From Azolla caroliniana (lineage: Eukaryota > Plantae > Polypodiophyta): a stretch of 64,000 nucleotides of DNA. A model generated the notes under the pieces. That model was not told where the DNA came from, searched no databases, and saw nothing but the letters and a program-made list of their open reading frames with translations. The stretch is taken from the NCBI GenBank assembly GCA_043228905.1, contig JBHGNT010000002.1, positions 10,354,001-10,418,000 on the forward strand, in the 5' to 3' direction. The translations under genes and the position numbers were made by a program. Of the stretch, positions 13,401 to 26,762 are shown piece by piece (within the stretch, counting starts at the first letter, position 1; the number at the start of each line of letters is the position of its first letter).

Positions 13401-15592
13401 ATGGCAATTGACGAACCAATTTACTATGATGATGGTTAGAAAGTCCCATGACTACTTTCGACAATATAATGCAACATGCTCATCATCAAAGTGAAACATA
13501 AAAAGGAATGGAAGTTTGAAGAAAGTAATGCGCGAATGAAAAAGTTGTTGAGTATATGCCTAGTACGACTTAAAACAGATGCTTTTCCATAACACCTTAC
13601 AACTAGATATATAAAAAAGAGGCCTACTTTTAATTCTCGTGTGGTTATCATAATTAGATATAATTGATGATACTATCCCATTGGTTCACGGGCAAGTGTG
13701 GAATGTATAGAAAGTATTGCGGTTATATTCCTTTGGCCTTTTGGTTTTACATGTGAACACATTAAAAATTATGATGTAATAAATAATTTTCCATCTTATT
13801 CGGGCTCCCTATACAAGCACAAAACGGAAAACTATCTATTCTTGCATATTATTTTGTGGAATCAAGGTCCACTTGTTGCACGTCTCATAATAATTGTTAT
13901 GTCTATGGCCATATTCATGAATCATGGTGTAGAAGTATACACAACGTGAACACAACATGTTCTCACATGTTTCATCACGATTTCTTGGATGGCAACACGG
14001 ATTGGATCCGTTGTCAAATCCATGATTTGATGTCGTATACCAATATTGAATTTAAGTCTTTATCTCAAATCATTTATTATATTGAGGGTGAAGTATATGA
14101 CATTGATCATAAATGCCAAATTCCAATCCAAATTGCTTCTTTTCTATGATTTAATTAATACAAACACTAAGTTACTCGTTAGTTTAAATAAAGAATGTTA
14201 GATGTAAGCTTTGCCTTTCCTTAAAATGGCCGGTGTTTGTCTTTCATAAAGTTTTTTCTGTTCATTAATTTCAGCTCACCTTTCTAATCCAATCATAATA
14301 GATCTATCAGCATATAATATCGGAATTTCCCTAGAGCTTTTCTTTTAATAAGTATAGTGATAATTTCCTATGGACAAGTTCCAATATTTTCAATGCTTTT
14401 TGTTTTGGACTTCCACAAATCAGCATACAACAGTTTACAATGCTTGCCCACAATCCAATCCGAACACTTCCCAAAAGGATACAAGGTAACTCACATTAAC
14501 CCAACTCAGACCATATCTACAAGGCATTGTACAAAAGATAATTAAAAAACAATTCGTTTTTGAAACACATGGTCCATGTTTGTACATGTTTTGCCAACTA
14601 CCATTTAACACCTACAAATGAATATTTTAGGTTTGAAATAGATGTGGGAATGCCCTTTTCTAGAAAGTACATCTGGTCTTATTCTCAAATTCCTTAAAGA
14701 AACCTTGGGCATCCATGCGTTTTACATGGATATTGATAAATAACATCCATTGACTCTGTCAATAATGTTGGTTTTCCATCTTCTTAACAACTAAACAAGT
14801 AAACCAACTTTTGACACAATGTTCCTATTGGCAATTGCAACATAAATAAAACTCTGATTGAAAACCATGACTAGTATGGTGCATTCATAGACTCAAATTA
14901 TCAAAATCTTTAATTACAAAGTAAAAGCATTCGACATTACATGCAAACAAAATGCTACATGGATAATTCACGCACTAACTGATCAGATATGTACCGCACA
15001 AACGATCAATACGATCACAACAGTGTAATATACCTTTAGATATAGGATCTACGAAAGAAAAGATGCAATCAAATGTACCTGAAATGATCAATATGATTAC
15101 AGAGGGTATTCAATCCAGACATGTAGAAGCTAAAGAATCGCTTGATGTAATCACATTTCACAATAGAAAATGTTCACACACACGCAACGCACGATCATGG
15201 GCCATGGGCATATAAGAGATTGAACCTAGAGTCACAGAGCATTTAAATATTGCGTCTAACTATACAGCGTTTAACAAATGATTTGTTGTACTTCCCACAT
15301 ACAACCAAAGAGGCAATGAAAGATCAATATGACACCATTGCGCAAAATAGGCTTTTCTAAAATTAATATAATAATGTTCATTGGTCTGTTACTTTTAGTA
15401 TTACAAAGTAAGCCAAGTAATTTTCTATACTAAGATTCCTGAGAAGTGTTGAGAGTAATCAATCTAGGGACGGACATTAAATCTCTTCTACCTAAGCAGA
15501 AATATTTTCTAGCAGAATGTTACTCAGCAAAGAACACCAATGTTTCTGATATTGACTTGGTTGAATCGCTAAAAACAAGGATACGTCATCCA

Positions 15593-15625
15593 TCAAAGTA
15601 TAGCAACGTCAAGAAAGTCCCCGGT
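15593..15625 (-). CDS. SAP18: SAP18 exon 6 (terminal coding part)
   Basis: TGCAG|TGDFLDVAIL-TGA. Confidence 0.92.
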   Translation of the reverse strand, partial: TGDFLDVAIL

Positions 15626-18600
15626 CTGCAAGACCAAAAATCATGAATCAACTTAACAGAATAAGAGAAGGTTCACATCATTGAAAAAGCAAACAACCCT
15701 TACATCCCGAACGTTTCACAGATTAACCTGGATATTCCCCTCAGTTTTCAAACTTAACAATATACTCAATGCCCCTCAGCTTTTCTAATGTCACTAAATA
15801 CTTACCTTAGGCATACAATAGAGAACTTATTGATTTAATTAGCAACCAATTCACGTTATTTAGAGTGCAATGTACTTAATAGCCTAGTAAACCAATTTCT
15901 GAGTATAACCAAATGAATAGTTGATTACGCCTAGTTAAATTTGAGTGGTATTATGGTAATATTTAAAATGACTTGAGGGGCATCCTGGTCAAATTTAAGA
16001 CCAAGGGGTATCACAATTGGTTGTTGTCTGTGCAAATATGAAAACATTAAGGCATATATTGATGATTTCCCCCAAAAATCAATAAATCAAATACCTGAAA
16101 GCCAAGTTCAGAGAGTGTTCGATGATCATCTCCTCCTCTCCTAGCTCCATTTGCATTTGTTATTCCCACCTGGAAGTTCAAGCAGTGGCTTAAAAGTTTA
16201 AGATATATGAAGAGACAAATGAACTTTATCAAAGCAAAAACAGAAACTCTGAAATACTTCTGTGGTTTTCTTTATTTTCTTAATGCTCCTGACTTTTCGT
16301 AATTCCCATAAACGCCCTTGGTTAACCTCTGAAAAAGATAATAGAGGAAGGACGGACAATATAATTGCTCAAATAGTGCACGTAATTGCTTTCCAGAGGA
16401 CAACCAAGGGAATTTTGAGAAAGAAAGAAATGAAAACAGGGAAGAGACGCATGAGCTTTGTTAAAGTAAAATAAAAAAAAATGGAGTAATGTGGAGGAGA
16501 CTTGCATTGCGAACAATATTACGACCTCGACGATCAGGATAAACAAATGCAAAAGACAGCCTTGCATCTCTTCTCCTAGCTTCTGGTGCCACTTCTTTAA
16601 CCTAAGGGGTATACATGAAAAGTAAGAAACCAAAGTAGTAAAATATTTATATATACATATATATAGTGTTTTATGTGGGACATTAAGATACCAAGTCCGT
16701 CAACTCCCTCAATGTTGCATCCATCCATGTATATATTTGAACTTCATTTTTGGGCACCTTGCCTCTGTTAGCATAATCTTCCATTGTATGATGCTCCCCA
16801 GTCTTATCATAGGAAACAAGGAGAGGTTTAGCAAAATTGCTCTCATTTGCACCCCTATTGAGAGAGGATGAAGTTTGAAGAGAGTTGAAAGAGACTTACC
16901 TTAGTAAAAACACGAATGAGCAGTGGGCATATCTGCATTGCAATCAACAATAATTAATTACTACAACAACAACTACTATTACTATTACTACAACTACAAC
17001 TACCTCAACTGCTGCTCCTGCTACTATCAAAACTACCTGTAGTAGTAGAGTGAGTCGAAGGGAGTAGAGAGCATATGTGTAAGAGAGAGAGGGAAGGACA
17101 ACCCATAATCAAATTTCTGTTATCTTGAAGCATCTAAAAAGAAAATAATATGCAATCCGTTAAACTTTTGAAAAAACCTCTGGAGTAACCCTGGGGTTTT
17201 CTTTGATTATGGGCACATCTTTATGAAAATCAGCAAGACAAAATGATAACCCATTATCAAAAGTTTAACTTAAGGATAATTTGTTTTTTGTCTTGAATTT
17301 TTTTGAGAAGCTCTAGAAGTGGCCAAACATTTGGACTAAAGCTTCATGAAATATCCATCTTTTGCACATTTCTCATCATACATCCCGGGGTTAATATCTA
17401 TTACATATAGTGTAGCAGATTTTAAGTTATATTTTTTAACTTTCAAATTGGTTCATTCATATTAAACATTTTCTTGACATTTCTCATCATACATTTAAAT
17501 AACATTGCATTAAAGAAGCAACAGAAACTGCATAACACGGAACACAATGAAAAAAAAGAAAGCAACATACTACAGTGATGAAGTTAGCTGCTAAGGAGAA
17601 TTATTTCTAATGGTTCTGCATAACCCCGGGGTTAATATCTATTACATATAGTGTAGCAGATTTTAAGTTATATTTTTTAACTTTCAAATTGGTTCGTTCA
17701 TATTAAACATTTTCTTGACAGTCTTCTGCCTTTCTGAAGGCAGCACAAGGATTAGGGTTTAGGTCAAAAACAGAGAGGGACAGTCTGAGTGAGAGACAAA
17801 GGGGGAGAGAGAGATGCATGCTGTCTTGGGTACAAAGAGTGTACCTCTTTTTTGGTTTTTAGATATTATGTATATACAAGTCAAAAGTGTGCTACGAGTG
17901 CGTTCACACTCGTGCACTAATAAAAGGCACGATGGCCCTTTATTCCCAACACTTTCATCATACAAATTACTTGTTGCCACTTACAAGTAGGTCATAAGGT
18001 TTCTATATTCTTCAATCGCAGTGTAAGGTGCTCTTTATCCTGACTAAGGGAAAGTGTGCAGATGCGGTCTGATCCTCTCCTTCTCTCCATGCTCCGTTCT
18101 CAATTGTAAGAATGATTACAAGTGAAGAGAAGAGTACATGCCCCTATAAATTTGAATAGCATGAGCATGATAATCAATGGTTGGGTGCATCCATCAGTTC
18201 CTTGTAGGTGTCCAAGCATGTTGGGTTGATGTGACTGCAATAGGACAGTAATTTGTTTCTTCTAGCATCTTTGTTCCATTTGGTTGCAAAGGCATTTACA
18301 AGGTATGATTCAGCATCCATTGTTAGCTATCCAGTGTCCACATTCAATCCCTTAAAACCATTTGTGTAGCTAAAAGAGAGAATTTTGCTTTTGTTTCTCC
18401 TACATTTTGTCACTAGCAACCTACATCATGTGCCATCATGGCCTCTATTTAGATAGGTCTCAGACACAAATCCCCATTTTTTAAGAGAAATTATTGAACA
18501 AGGGCTAATCGCCTTACCTAAATGTCACGTTGGCTTACCCAAATGTCATGTTTGCATCATTTCAATATTGTCCCATAAGGAAAGAAACATACTTCCTTCA

Positions 18601-20505
18601 CAAAATTTATGCAAAATAAAAAGAATAAGATTTATCAATGCAACGAAGTGTCTGATCTTTGTCTATCACTTATGAAGGTTATTAATATTGCATTTATGCT
18701 TGAAGTAAGGTAACTGACCCATCTTTCTTTTCACTAATGTTTAGTGCATTTTTCCTGATTAAGGTTTTCTGGTACATCCATGCCTGAGTAGGCATCCTTG
18801 GTTTACCCTGAAGGTGCTTCCAAAATGAACACAGAACAAAGTTGTGATTTTGGAGACATCATGCATTGTTTACAGTCATTGGCTACCACAATTTGGTATC
18901 CTCAATGTTCTCTGAGTTCTTTTCGAGGCACTTTTTTGAAATCCACAACACAACAATAGATAGTCTCTGGATAGAGACCACTATCTTCCATTAAGGCTAG
19001 GAGTGTAAAATGATGATTTGTTATGGATAAGTTCGGACTTAAACTAGCTTGGAAAATGTATCCTTCTCACGATCCTCTGCCAATTGACTATCTTACTTTC
19101 ACATGATCGTGTCATAGTTTTTCCACAACAGAGTCTACCACGATAGTGTAGTATGTAGAGATCCCACTTTTGTTTCCACCCTTAATTTTTCTTGGCCATT
19201 CCATTGGAGCCTTCTCTTGAGGTTTTTACTTGATTAAGCAATGTGCATATACATTTTCTCGTGGAGGACTATGTCGAATTGATGATTTCCAATATTGTGT
19301 GGAGTGCATCTGATGCTTTCCTGCTAGCTAGAGAGTGCCTTCCTTTGCTCCTCAACAATTATCATGCCAATCAGGGAGGCAAATATATGCATTGGTTTTG
19401 CATTGTGGGTGCATAGTATATGGGCATATCTTCTTCAATCAAACTTCTGGCCATTTTTCACGCATTTCATGGCTTTCGTCCATAAGAGCGGCCAGTTTCT
19501 TTCTCCTTCTGTACTACTTTATGTTTCTGCTTCCTCCTTGCGACTGCATTGTACATTTGTTTCAGCTCTTTCTATTTTGAGTGCTACCTGATTTGTGTTC
19601 CTGAGTTTCCAGCAAGCTTCCTTGTATTCACAGACACACCAGATATTACAAGAGAATTTTCTTGATTCCAATGACAAGAGTTGCCATCTAATGCATCTTC
19701 TTCAACTTTAAATGTAGATCTGTGTAAACACCTATTTGTCTGATTCCTAAAATCAAGAGAGTCAGCGTCAATCTTTTCCTTATAGTTTTTAGGCCTAAGG
19801 TATCCCTGTCTTCTCCATTATGTCTTGAATGGTCATGGTTGAGTTTTTTCTATTTGTGAATATGTAGGCTTGTGTTCTGAGTCAACAAGATCCCTAAACC
19901 CTTTCAAACTTTGCTCTCTCTCTGGCTTTTTCTAGAGGGAAGCTATTCATAGATAGGAACTCTGAACCTCCTCTCTCTCTAAAGATAATGCTTTCTTATT
20001 TATTTACACCACTCACACACCAAGAATACTTTTGGAAGAGCCAATTACACTCTCAAGATTACACCACGAGAGATAAATAATCATGGTATGTTGGCATATT
20101 TTTGTTCTCGTGAGGAAAGTAATCCCCTTCTCTTCTTCTTTCTCAGGGATTACTCTTTCTAGTTTTTCACGCAACTCGTGAGACATTGACAATCCAGCAT
20201 TAGTACATAACGTACGTAATATCAGATAGCTCTGTACCGTTTTCTTTTTCTCTTTGGGTTGGAAACCGGGAGGAAGGCAGTAAAATATCACACACACACA
20301 CACACACTCTCTCTCTCTACTCTCTCTCTTTTTGTCTGTCTGTGTCTCAAGATACATGTATGGCGAGGAAGAAACATACCTTCTCTCTATCGACGACAAA
20401 AGGGACGCGAGGAGGAGGTCTCCTCTGTTGAACAGGAGGAGGGTTATTCCTCGTCTTTGCTACAGGATCAGTTCCTGTTGTCGTCTCCGCCATCGCCATC
20501 GCCAT
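15593..20505 (-). CDS. SAP18: SAP18 (Sin3-associated polypeptide 18; ASAP/PSAP complex subunit), 6 exons, 157 aa
   Basis: Exons 20505-20380, 16932-16900, 16802-16692, 16601-16506, 16169-16095 and 15625-15593 splice to MAMAMAETT...VDREK|ICPLLIRVFTK|TGEHH...EVQIYTWMDATLRELTDL|VKEVAPEARRRDARLSFAFVYPDRRGRNIVRN|VG...DDHRTLSELGFQ|TGDFLDVAIL*. These are the hallmark SAP18 motifs. The start could be any of three ATGs (20505, 20499, 20493). Confidence 0.95.
15728..16012. mobile_element. Decayed MULE-like MITE in SAP18 intron 5
   Basis: Degenerate inverted ends (GATATTCCCCTCAG...ATGCCCCTCAG versus TGAGGGGCATCCTGGT...AGGGGTATC) resemble the TIR of the 58132-58448 element. No TSD found. Confidence 0.35.
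16095..16169 (-). CDS. SAP18: SAP18 exon 5
   Basis: TCCAG|VGITNANGARRGGDDHRTLSELGFQ|GTATTT. Confidence 0.92.
16506..16601 (-). CDS. SAP18: SAP18 exon 4
   Basis: CTTAG|VKEVAPEARRRDARLSFAFVYPDRRGRNIVRN|GCAAGT (GC donor inferred). Confidence 0.88.
16692..16802 (-). CDS. SAP18: SAP18 exon 3
   Basis: ATAAG|TGEHHTMEDYANRGKVPKNEVQIYTWMDATLRELTDL|GTATCT. Confidence 0.92.
16900..16932 (-). CDS. SAP18: SAP18 exon 2 (33 nt)
   Basis: TGCAG|ICPLLIRVFTK|GTAAGT. Confidence 0.92.
17383..17720. repeat. Dispersed direct repeat, 2 x ~95 bp, in SAP18 intron 1
   Basis: CCCGGGGTTAATATCTATTACATATAG...CATTTTCTTGACA at ~17384 and ~17625, nearly identical. Confidence 0.9.
17860..19850 (-). mobile_element. Highly degenerate RTE-type LINE remnant in SAP18 intron 1
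   Basis: Minus-strand relic peptides in LINE-RT order: GGNKS..YYTIVVDSVVEKL, FQASLSPNLSITNHHFTLLALMEDS, YCCVVDFKK, WDNIEMMQ, then a C-terminal RICT..DKEHL Cys/His motif. Boundaries approximate. Confidence 0.7.
20380..20505 (-). CDS. SAP18: SAP18 exon 1 (coding part)
   Basis: Ends ...VVDREK, donor AAG|GTATGT. Confidence 0.9.
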
Positions 20506-21348
20506 CGCCTCTGTCTCAAAGTTACGAAACCTCAGCAAAGACAGTGAGTTAAGAGGTAGAAATAGTCCGTGGTGAAGAAGAAGAAGAAAAAGAAGAAATA
20601 TTTTAACTCCAAAATACCCCTCTCCACATCTTTACAATTTTCTTCAAATTCGCAAACTACCCTCCTCATGTGACATAAATGCTCATACAAGAACTCTACA
20701 TACTTCAAGGGTGTATATATATATGCAGTCAAATTTTATAGATGAAAAAGAATCAGATCAAATTTGGAAGACACTTCAACACTTGGACAATAGCACCAAA
20801 ATTATCACCACAAGTGGTACTTTATCTTTAAGGAATGAAATGGATGGGTTCACATGTAGAAAACACAAATTTTCACATGGTCTACGAAGTTTGAATCATA
20901 GGTTTATTTTGAATCTGAGGTTAGACTTGAGTCTTTTGCTTTCTCTATCTCTCCCACGTTCTATGTATCTCTAGTTTTCTCTCTCTTGCTGTACGACTGA
21001 GCTGGTTGTGTTCTGTCTTAGCTTCACCATCTTTAGGGATAGATGCTTCCCTTCCGGTTCGGTGTTGCCTAATGTGACAACCAATGTTTCCCAACTATCT
21101 AGAAGGGATCCCAGCAGCAACAGAGCCAATGCTTCATCCACAAGAGGTACTTCTAGAGAGGTGGTTTGATTTATCAGTCCCTGCAAGGCATTCAGGTGCT
21201 CCGCCATGCTAGAGCCATCATGATACCGGAGTGTCACAGTCTTCCGGAATACAGAGAATTTGTTGACAACATTTTTGTTCTCGAACATTATATTGATCTT
21301 CTTCTATTGGAGTTCAACATTTGTCTCCTCGTTGAAGTTGTTGTATAG

Positions 21349-21638
21349 TGTTGAGAATCAAACTCAACTTCCCTAGTGTGGGAACACACCTTAGAAATAC
21401 CCAAGTGTGTGAACATCCCACCTCCTTGTATCATAAACTAAGTGTCATAGAAGTTAAGTCCTATGACACATTATCTAGTAGGTAGTTAAGTCTCCACCTT
21501 TTTTTCAAGTGGTGGTTGTAGTGAGAGAACGTAGAGAGAAGGTGACTACATAAGCACCTTCTCCTCCTCTTTGTAACTGTTGGTTCATTCTTGCAAGTTC
21601 TTGTTAATACAATTTTCTTGTTTTTGTATACATTGTGT

Positions 21639-21706
<68 letters not shown>

Positions 21707-24667
21707 CAAGGCTATTGGAGTTATGTTGAGGGAGCTCAAGAAAATCAACCCAACCCAGCACATGTCGACCACCCATCTTGGGGGCAAGTGGCGAGTTGCA
21801 TCCTGTATTGCCTTGCATCATCCATTCATGATCACATGCTCGGCTACATTAGAGAGGCCAAAACGCCAAAGGAGGCATGGGAGAACCTCAAAAAGATATT
21901 CGCAACCAACACAACCGCATGAAAACTTCAACTACATCAAGAGTTGAATAGTATCCAAAAGAGGGATATGTCAATCGGCAGCTATACCTTGAAGATCAAG
22001 GAGATGTGCAACTCCCTCGGGTCAATCAATGTTAACATTAACGATGATGAAATGGTGCAGATATGCCTCGGTGGCCTAACACCCCAGTTTGGTGCAATAA
22101 GGTTGACTGTCCTCGCAAGGGAGAATCCTCCCTCCGATTTTCAATCAATGTTGTTGGTCGAAGAAAATCATGTCTGAACGAGGAGCAATGTGCAAGAAGG
22201 ACACATGCTCTATTGAAACTTGAATGGAGAAAGGGGACAAAGTTGTGGAAGAAAAGGCCGATTTGGCCAAGGTCGACACAACTAGGGACAACCCCGCGAA
22301 GAATCTTTACTACCGGCAAGATGTTGCAAACACATGAGGTGGAATGTCTGGAAGAAGGGGGAGCAACCACACTAGATCCAACCGACAACACAACTCCATC
22401 CAGGTCAGATACTATGACAAATTCGGTCATTACAAGGTAGAGTGCCGGAAGAAGAAAAGTGAGGCTGCCTTCACAAGCCCACAACTTACCAACTACGCCT
22501 GAAACTCCGACTACGATGATCGTGACAAAATGTTTATGATGCAACATAGAACGAATTTGATGATGACATCGTGCCCAACCAGCACCTCCAGTTCAAAAAA
22601 TGTATTGTTTGTCGACTCGAGTGCATCCAATCATATGAAGTCTCATGAAGATCGGTTTCGAGAGCTACAAAAGCCCGAATGACCCGACTATGTGGAAATT
22701 GGGGATGACACGATTCACCCCATTCAGTATGTCGGTAATGTCCCAAAAATGAGAAGTGGGATCTCGTCCCCTCTTCACCCCATTAGAAGGCAATTAGATG
22801 CCGATGGATATTCAAAGTAAAGCACAATGCCGATGGCACTGTCAATCGGTATAAGGCCTGACTTGTAGCAAAGGGCCATGCGCAAACACACGGTGTTGAT
22901 TACGAAGAGGCCTTTGCCCCGGTGGCAAAGATGACTACCATCTGAACCATGAATGCGCTTGCAACAACAAAAGGGTGGCACCTCTATTAAATGGACGTAA
23001 AGAACATCTTTCTTCAAGACGAATTAGAGAAGGAGGTGTACATGGTACAACCACCCGGCTTCAAGTCAAGCACACACCCACAAGTGGTATGCCAACTCAA
23101 AAATTCTCTCTATGGCCTCAAGCAAGCAACCTAGAGCTTGACATTCGAAGATAACACAATATCTTCACCAAATCGGCTTCAAAATATCCAAGTCTGACAA
23201 TTCCCTGTTCATTCGGAGCGATTCCAAATGTCAACTATTTATCATAATTCTTGATGATAGCTATTTATCATAATATATGTGGATGACTTGGTTATTGGAG
23301 GAGAGCACATAGTAGATATCAAACATATCAAAAAGCTACTCTCCAACTGATTCGAAATGAAGGACATGAAGGAACTCCATTACTTTCTAGGTAAAGAAGT
23401 AATTCGGACTCCTGACGGCATCATGATCTCCCAACGACACTACATCCTCAAATTGCTCTTCAAGTTTGGGATGATAGAGTGTAAGCCCATTGCTACCCCT
23501 CTCGATCGAAACCTGAAGCTAGATGTTGACTTCATCATAGAAGAGTGTGAGTCGACTCACTACCGACAACTAGTTAGTAGTCTGATCTACCTCACTATTA
23601 CTTGACCTGATCTCAACTACCCGGTCGGCCTCCTTAGCCAGTTTATGCAGACACCACGAAACATTGACTTGGATTGTGCTAAGCGAGTGTTACACTATGT
23701 GAGTGGAACCGTGGAGACGATGTCCTTTACAAATCAGTCACACCGGTTTGACTCGAAGGGTACACCGTTGCTAATTGGGCCAGGTTCAAAGCCAACATGC
23801 AATCCACATCAGGATTCGCCATATCATGGAGTAGTAAGAAGTAACCAACAGTTGCAATGTCAAGCATTGAAGCCGAATACATGGGCGCGACCGTCGCTAC
23901 ATGTGAAGTCGTTTGGATTAAATGAATTTTGAAGGACTTGGGCGTTCCCATCATGGATCCGATTGTCCTCTACTATGACAATATGAGCAGGATTCATCTG
24001 GCTCGGAACCCAGTCTTTCACGCTTGAACCAAGCACATTGAGGTGCACTATCACTTCATCCAAGAGTTTGTCTTGGGTGGAGATGTTGACCTGCAACACA
24101 TCAATATGAATCTGCAAACGGCCGACATCTTCACGAAGGCCATGGGAGCCAACAAGTTACGACAGTACATGACAAACCTAGGTCTTTCGCTCACCAACCG
24201 GCTGAGCTTGAGGGGGAGTATGGATAAAGAGTCGTCTGACAATCCGTACCCAACATGAAGCTAACCTGAAGACCAGTCCTAACCAACTATTCAACGACGG
24301 GAAGTTAGCCGACACGAAGCTGACCCGAACACTAGTCCTAACCAACTATTCAACGATTGGAAGTTGAGTTTGAAGGGGCATGTTGAGAATCAAACCCAAC
24401 TTCTCTAGTGTGGGAACACACCTTAGAAATACCCAAGTGTGTGAACATCCCACCTCCTTGTATCATAAACTAAGTGTCATAGAAGTTAAGTCCTATGACA
24501 CATATCTAGTAGGTAGTTAAGTCTCCACCTCTTTTTCAAGTGGTGGTTGTAGTGAGAGAACGTAGAGAGGGTGACTACATAAGCACCTTCTCCTCCTCTT
24601 TGTAACTGTTGGTTCATTCTTGCAGGTTCTTGTTAATACAATTTTCTTGTTTTCTGTATACATTGTG

Positions 24668-24714
<47 letters not shown>

Positions 24715-24755
24715 ACATCTCTTCTGCCTCATAGAATCACTCCTGATTCTTTACA
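21349..24755 (+). mobile_element. Element B: internally deleted Ty1/copia nested in A gag
   Basis: TSD TATAG (21344-48 and 24756-60). 3' LTR 24381-24755 (TG..CA); the 5' LTR from 21349 loses its 3' end and PBS after the (CA)n run. Gag, protease, RT (YVDD) and RNase H remnants; integrase missing (jump at ~22746). PPT 24372-24380. Confidence 0.93.
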
Positions 24756-24865
24756 TATAGACTCATGTCAATAAACTACCTTATGTATGCTGCTACCTTT
24801 AGATGCATGACTTCCCAAGTCGATGCATCAATCTTCTCAGGTTTGGTCTTGCCATATTGCACCGG

Positions 24866-25725
24866 TGTCGTGATGTTTTCAACACATAGTGTGAAACCAC
24901 CATCGAAAGAGAAAAAAGTAGTAGTAAACTAATATTGTGAAGTCAACTTTTGTAACAAAAGATGAAAAGATAGAAACGTAGAAACGGTTTTTCAAAAGTA
25001 GAGAAAAAAATGGGAAAAGAAAAGCTAGGCGTGGATATGAGGAGCAAGGTATAGTAAGAAGCTCGTAATTGCCTCGTCCGATGTTCAAATTAGAAATGGA
25101 AAGATATATGAGAAAGATAACATCAAGAGCTTTCTAAGAATATCTTGAATGTCTAATTTGGGCTTACAAAAGAGAAATAGTGATAGAAATAAAACTCGAC
25201 TCATATAACAAAACGTTTTTTAGAAGAAAAAAAAAAGCAAGCCATAGAAAACCATAAATAAGAGCTATTCTTAAGAAGAGGGGAGATGGATGGGGATTTG
25301 AAGAAGAAAAGATTTATGTTTCCTCTCTCATACTCCTATACCCTAAAAGGGAATTAGAATCATCCCTTGAGTAATAAAAAGCTTTTCGTGTTTCCTCTCT
25401 TATTCTCTCATTCTCTCATACTTTAACAATTTTGTTTATGTATAACTAAAATTAAGTGGTGTTCATACTCTCTTACTCTAATCGTTCTTACTCATAAGCA
25501 TAATTAAGTATTATTCGATCTCACATAATCTCTTACTTGAAGATTTTCTTATGCATAAATATAATTAAGTATGATTTGATCTCTCATACTATCTTACTCT
25601 TATTCGAGGGAAATATCTCGTTTTAAAACTTAAAGTGCGTAAATCATTTAGCCCTAAATCCTTCCAGTCCAGAACCCCAGCGGTTCCACCTCACGATCCG
25701 CACTAGCTGGCGGATTTTCACGACA
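24866..25725 (+). mobile_element. Element C: solo LTR (860 bp) related to the gypsy G lineage
   Basis: Ends TGTCGTGA...TCACGACA. 4-bp TSD CCGG; removing C plus one CCGG restores the A gag frame (DL*LPVQY versus DLWLPVQF in I). The 3' end resembles the G LTR end. Confidence 0.88.
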
Positions 25726-26109
25726 CCGGCAACTATAGATCTTTACACACGAGCATATCCTGCATCTTTGACCTCCACTTTGAATAGTTGGAGCCGGTTA
25801 ACTGGAACATTCCACCAAAATGTCCATCCATCTCTTTGATACTAGTTTGTGAGGATACTACCAGCCACAACTGGTTGATACTCGTGCGTATGCGGGTGGA
25901 AAGATAAAAAATGTCAGAAAAACAGAAGACACTTAGAGACAAGTATTTTACGTGGAAAACCCCTAAAGGGAAAAACCACGGGAGTCCTCAAACTCTGAAC
26001 TATATCACTATATGAGTAAGGTATACAATAAGAAACTTCAAGGCAACAACCTTGAGTTCTTCTTAGTCAGCTCGACGGTTACAAGGGAGTCTCTCTCTCT
26101 CTCTCTCTC

Positions 26110-26762
26110 TTGCATAAAAGCAAAATTTTGTGTTCCGGTTGGATGCAAGATATAGAAAAATGGTTTGGTAGATGGGATGCAAGACACTTGCTTCATGATG
26201 CATCACTAGATTCCTTAGTAAATGAGGCCTTTTTGCAATGCCAATGTATCATGATATGGGACAAATGTGGAGGCTCACACTTCACACATTATACTACACA
26301 TGTTGCACCTAACTACAAAACCATATTCTTCGCGGAACGAGGAAACCGTAGAGCCCATCCCGTTATCTGCCATTCAAACCATTGCTTCCATGTGACTTAG
26401 CTCACATGCATTGTGATGTGAGACGAGGCATTAGGGCACAAGTGATGAGAGTTGTTGGCTATGCCCACTTTTCCCTAAACAAGTTCGAGAGTTTGAGTAT
26501 CAGACTTTGATACAATGCTCTGCCTTTGATCATATTCGATCATGCTTTCCACATCTCTTCAACTGAGCCCAATCCTTGCACGAATTTCTCTCACAACCAC
26601 AATGTGCACTCTTGATTGCAACATTCATTGGTAAAGTTCTTGAACATCGAGAGTCACTACTCACTTTCACATGTATCACGTGAAATGTAATATTTTTGGT
26701 CTCATAGGTCATATTGTACCTTCGAAGACGATAATATAATCTATCTATATATCTATCTATCT
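26110..26762 (+). mobile_element. 5'-truncated RTE-type LINE 3' end inserted in the LTR of A
   Basis: Relic ORF HKSKILCSGWMQDIEKWFGRW..., terminal ATAATATAATCTATCTATATATCTATCTATCT tail. Flanked on both sides by collinear A-LTR sequence at a (CT)n run. Confidence 0.65.

Noticed and set aside
11300-14900. Possible transposase remnants or an additional gene
   Set aside because: No recognisable motifs or consistent splice structure.
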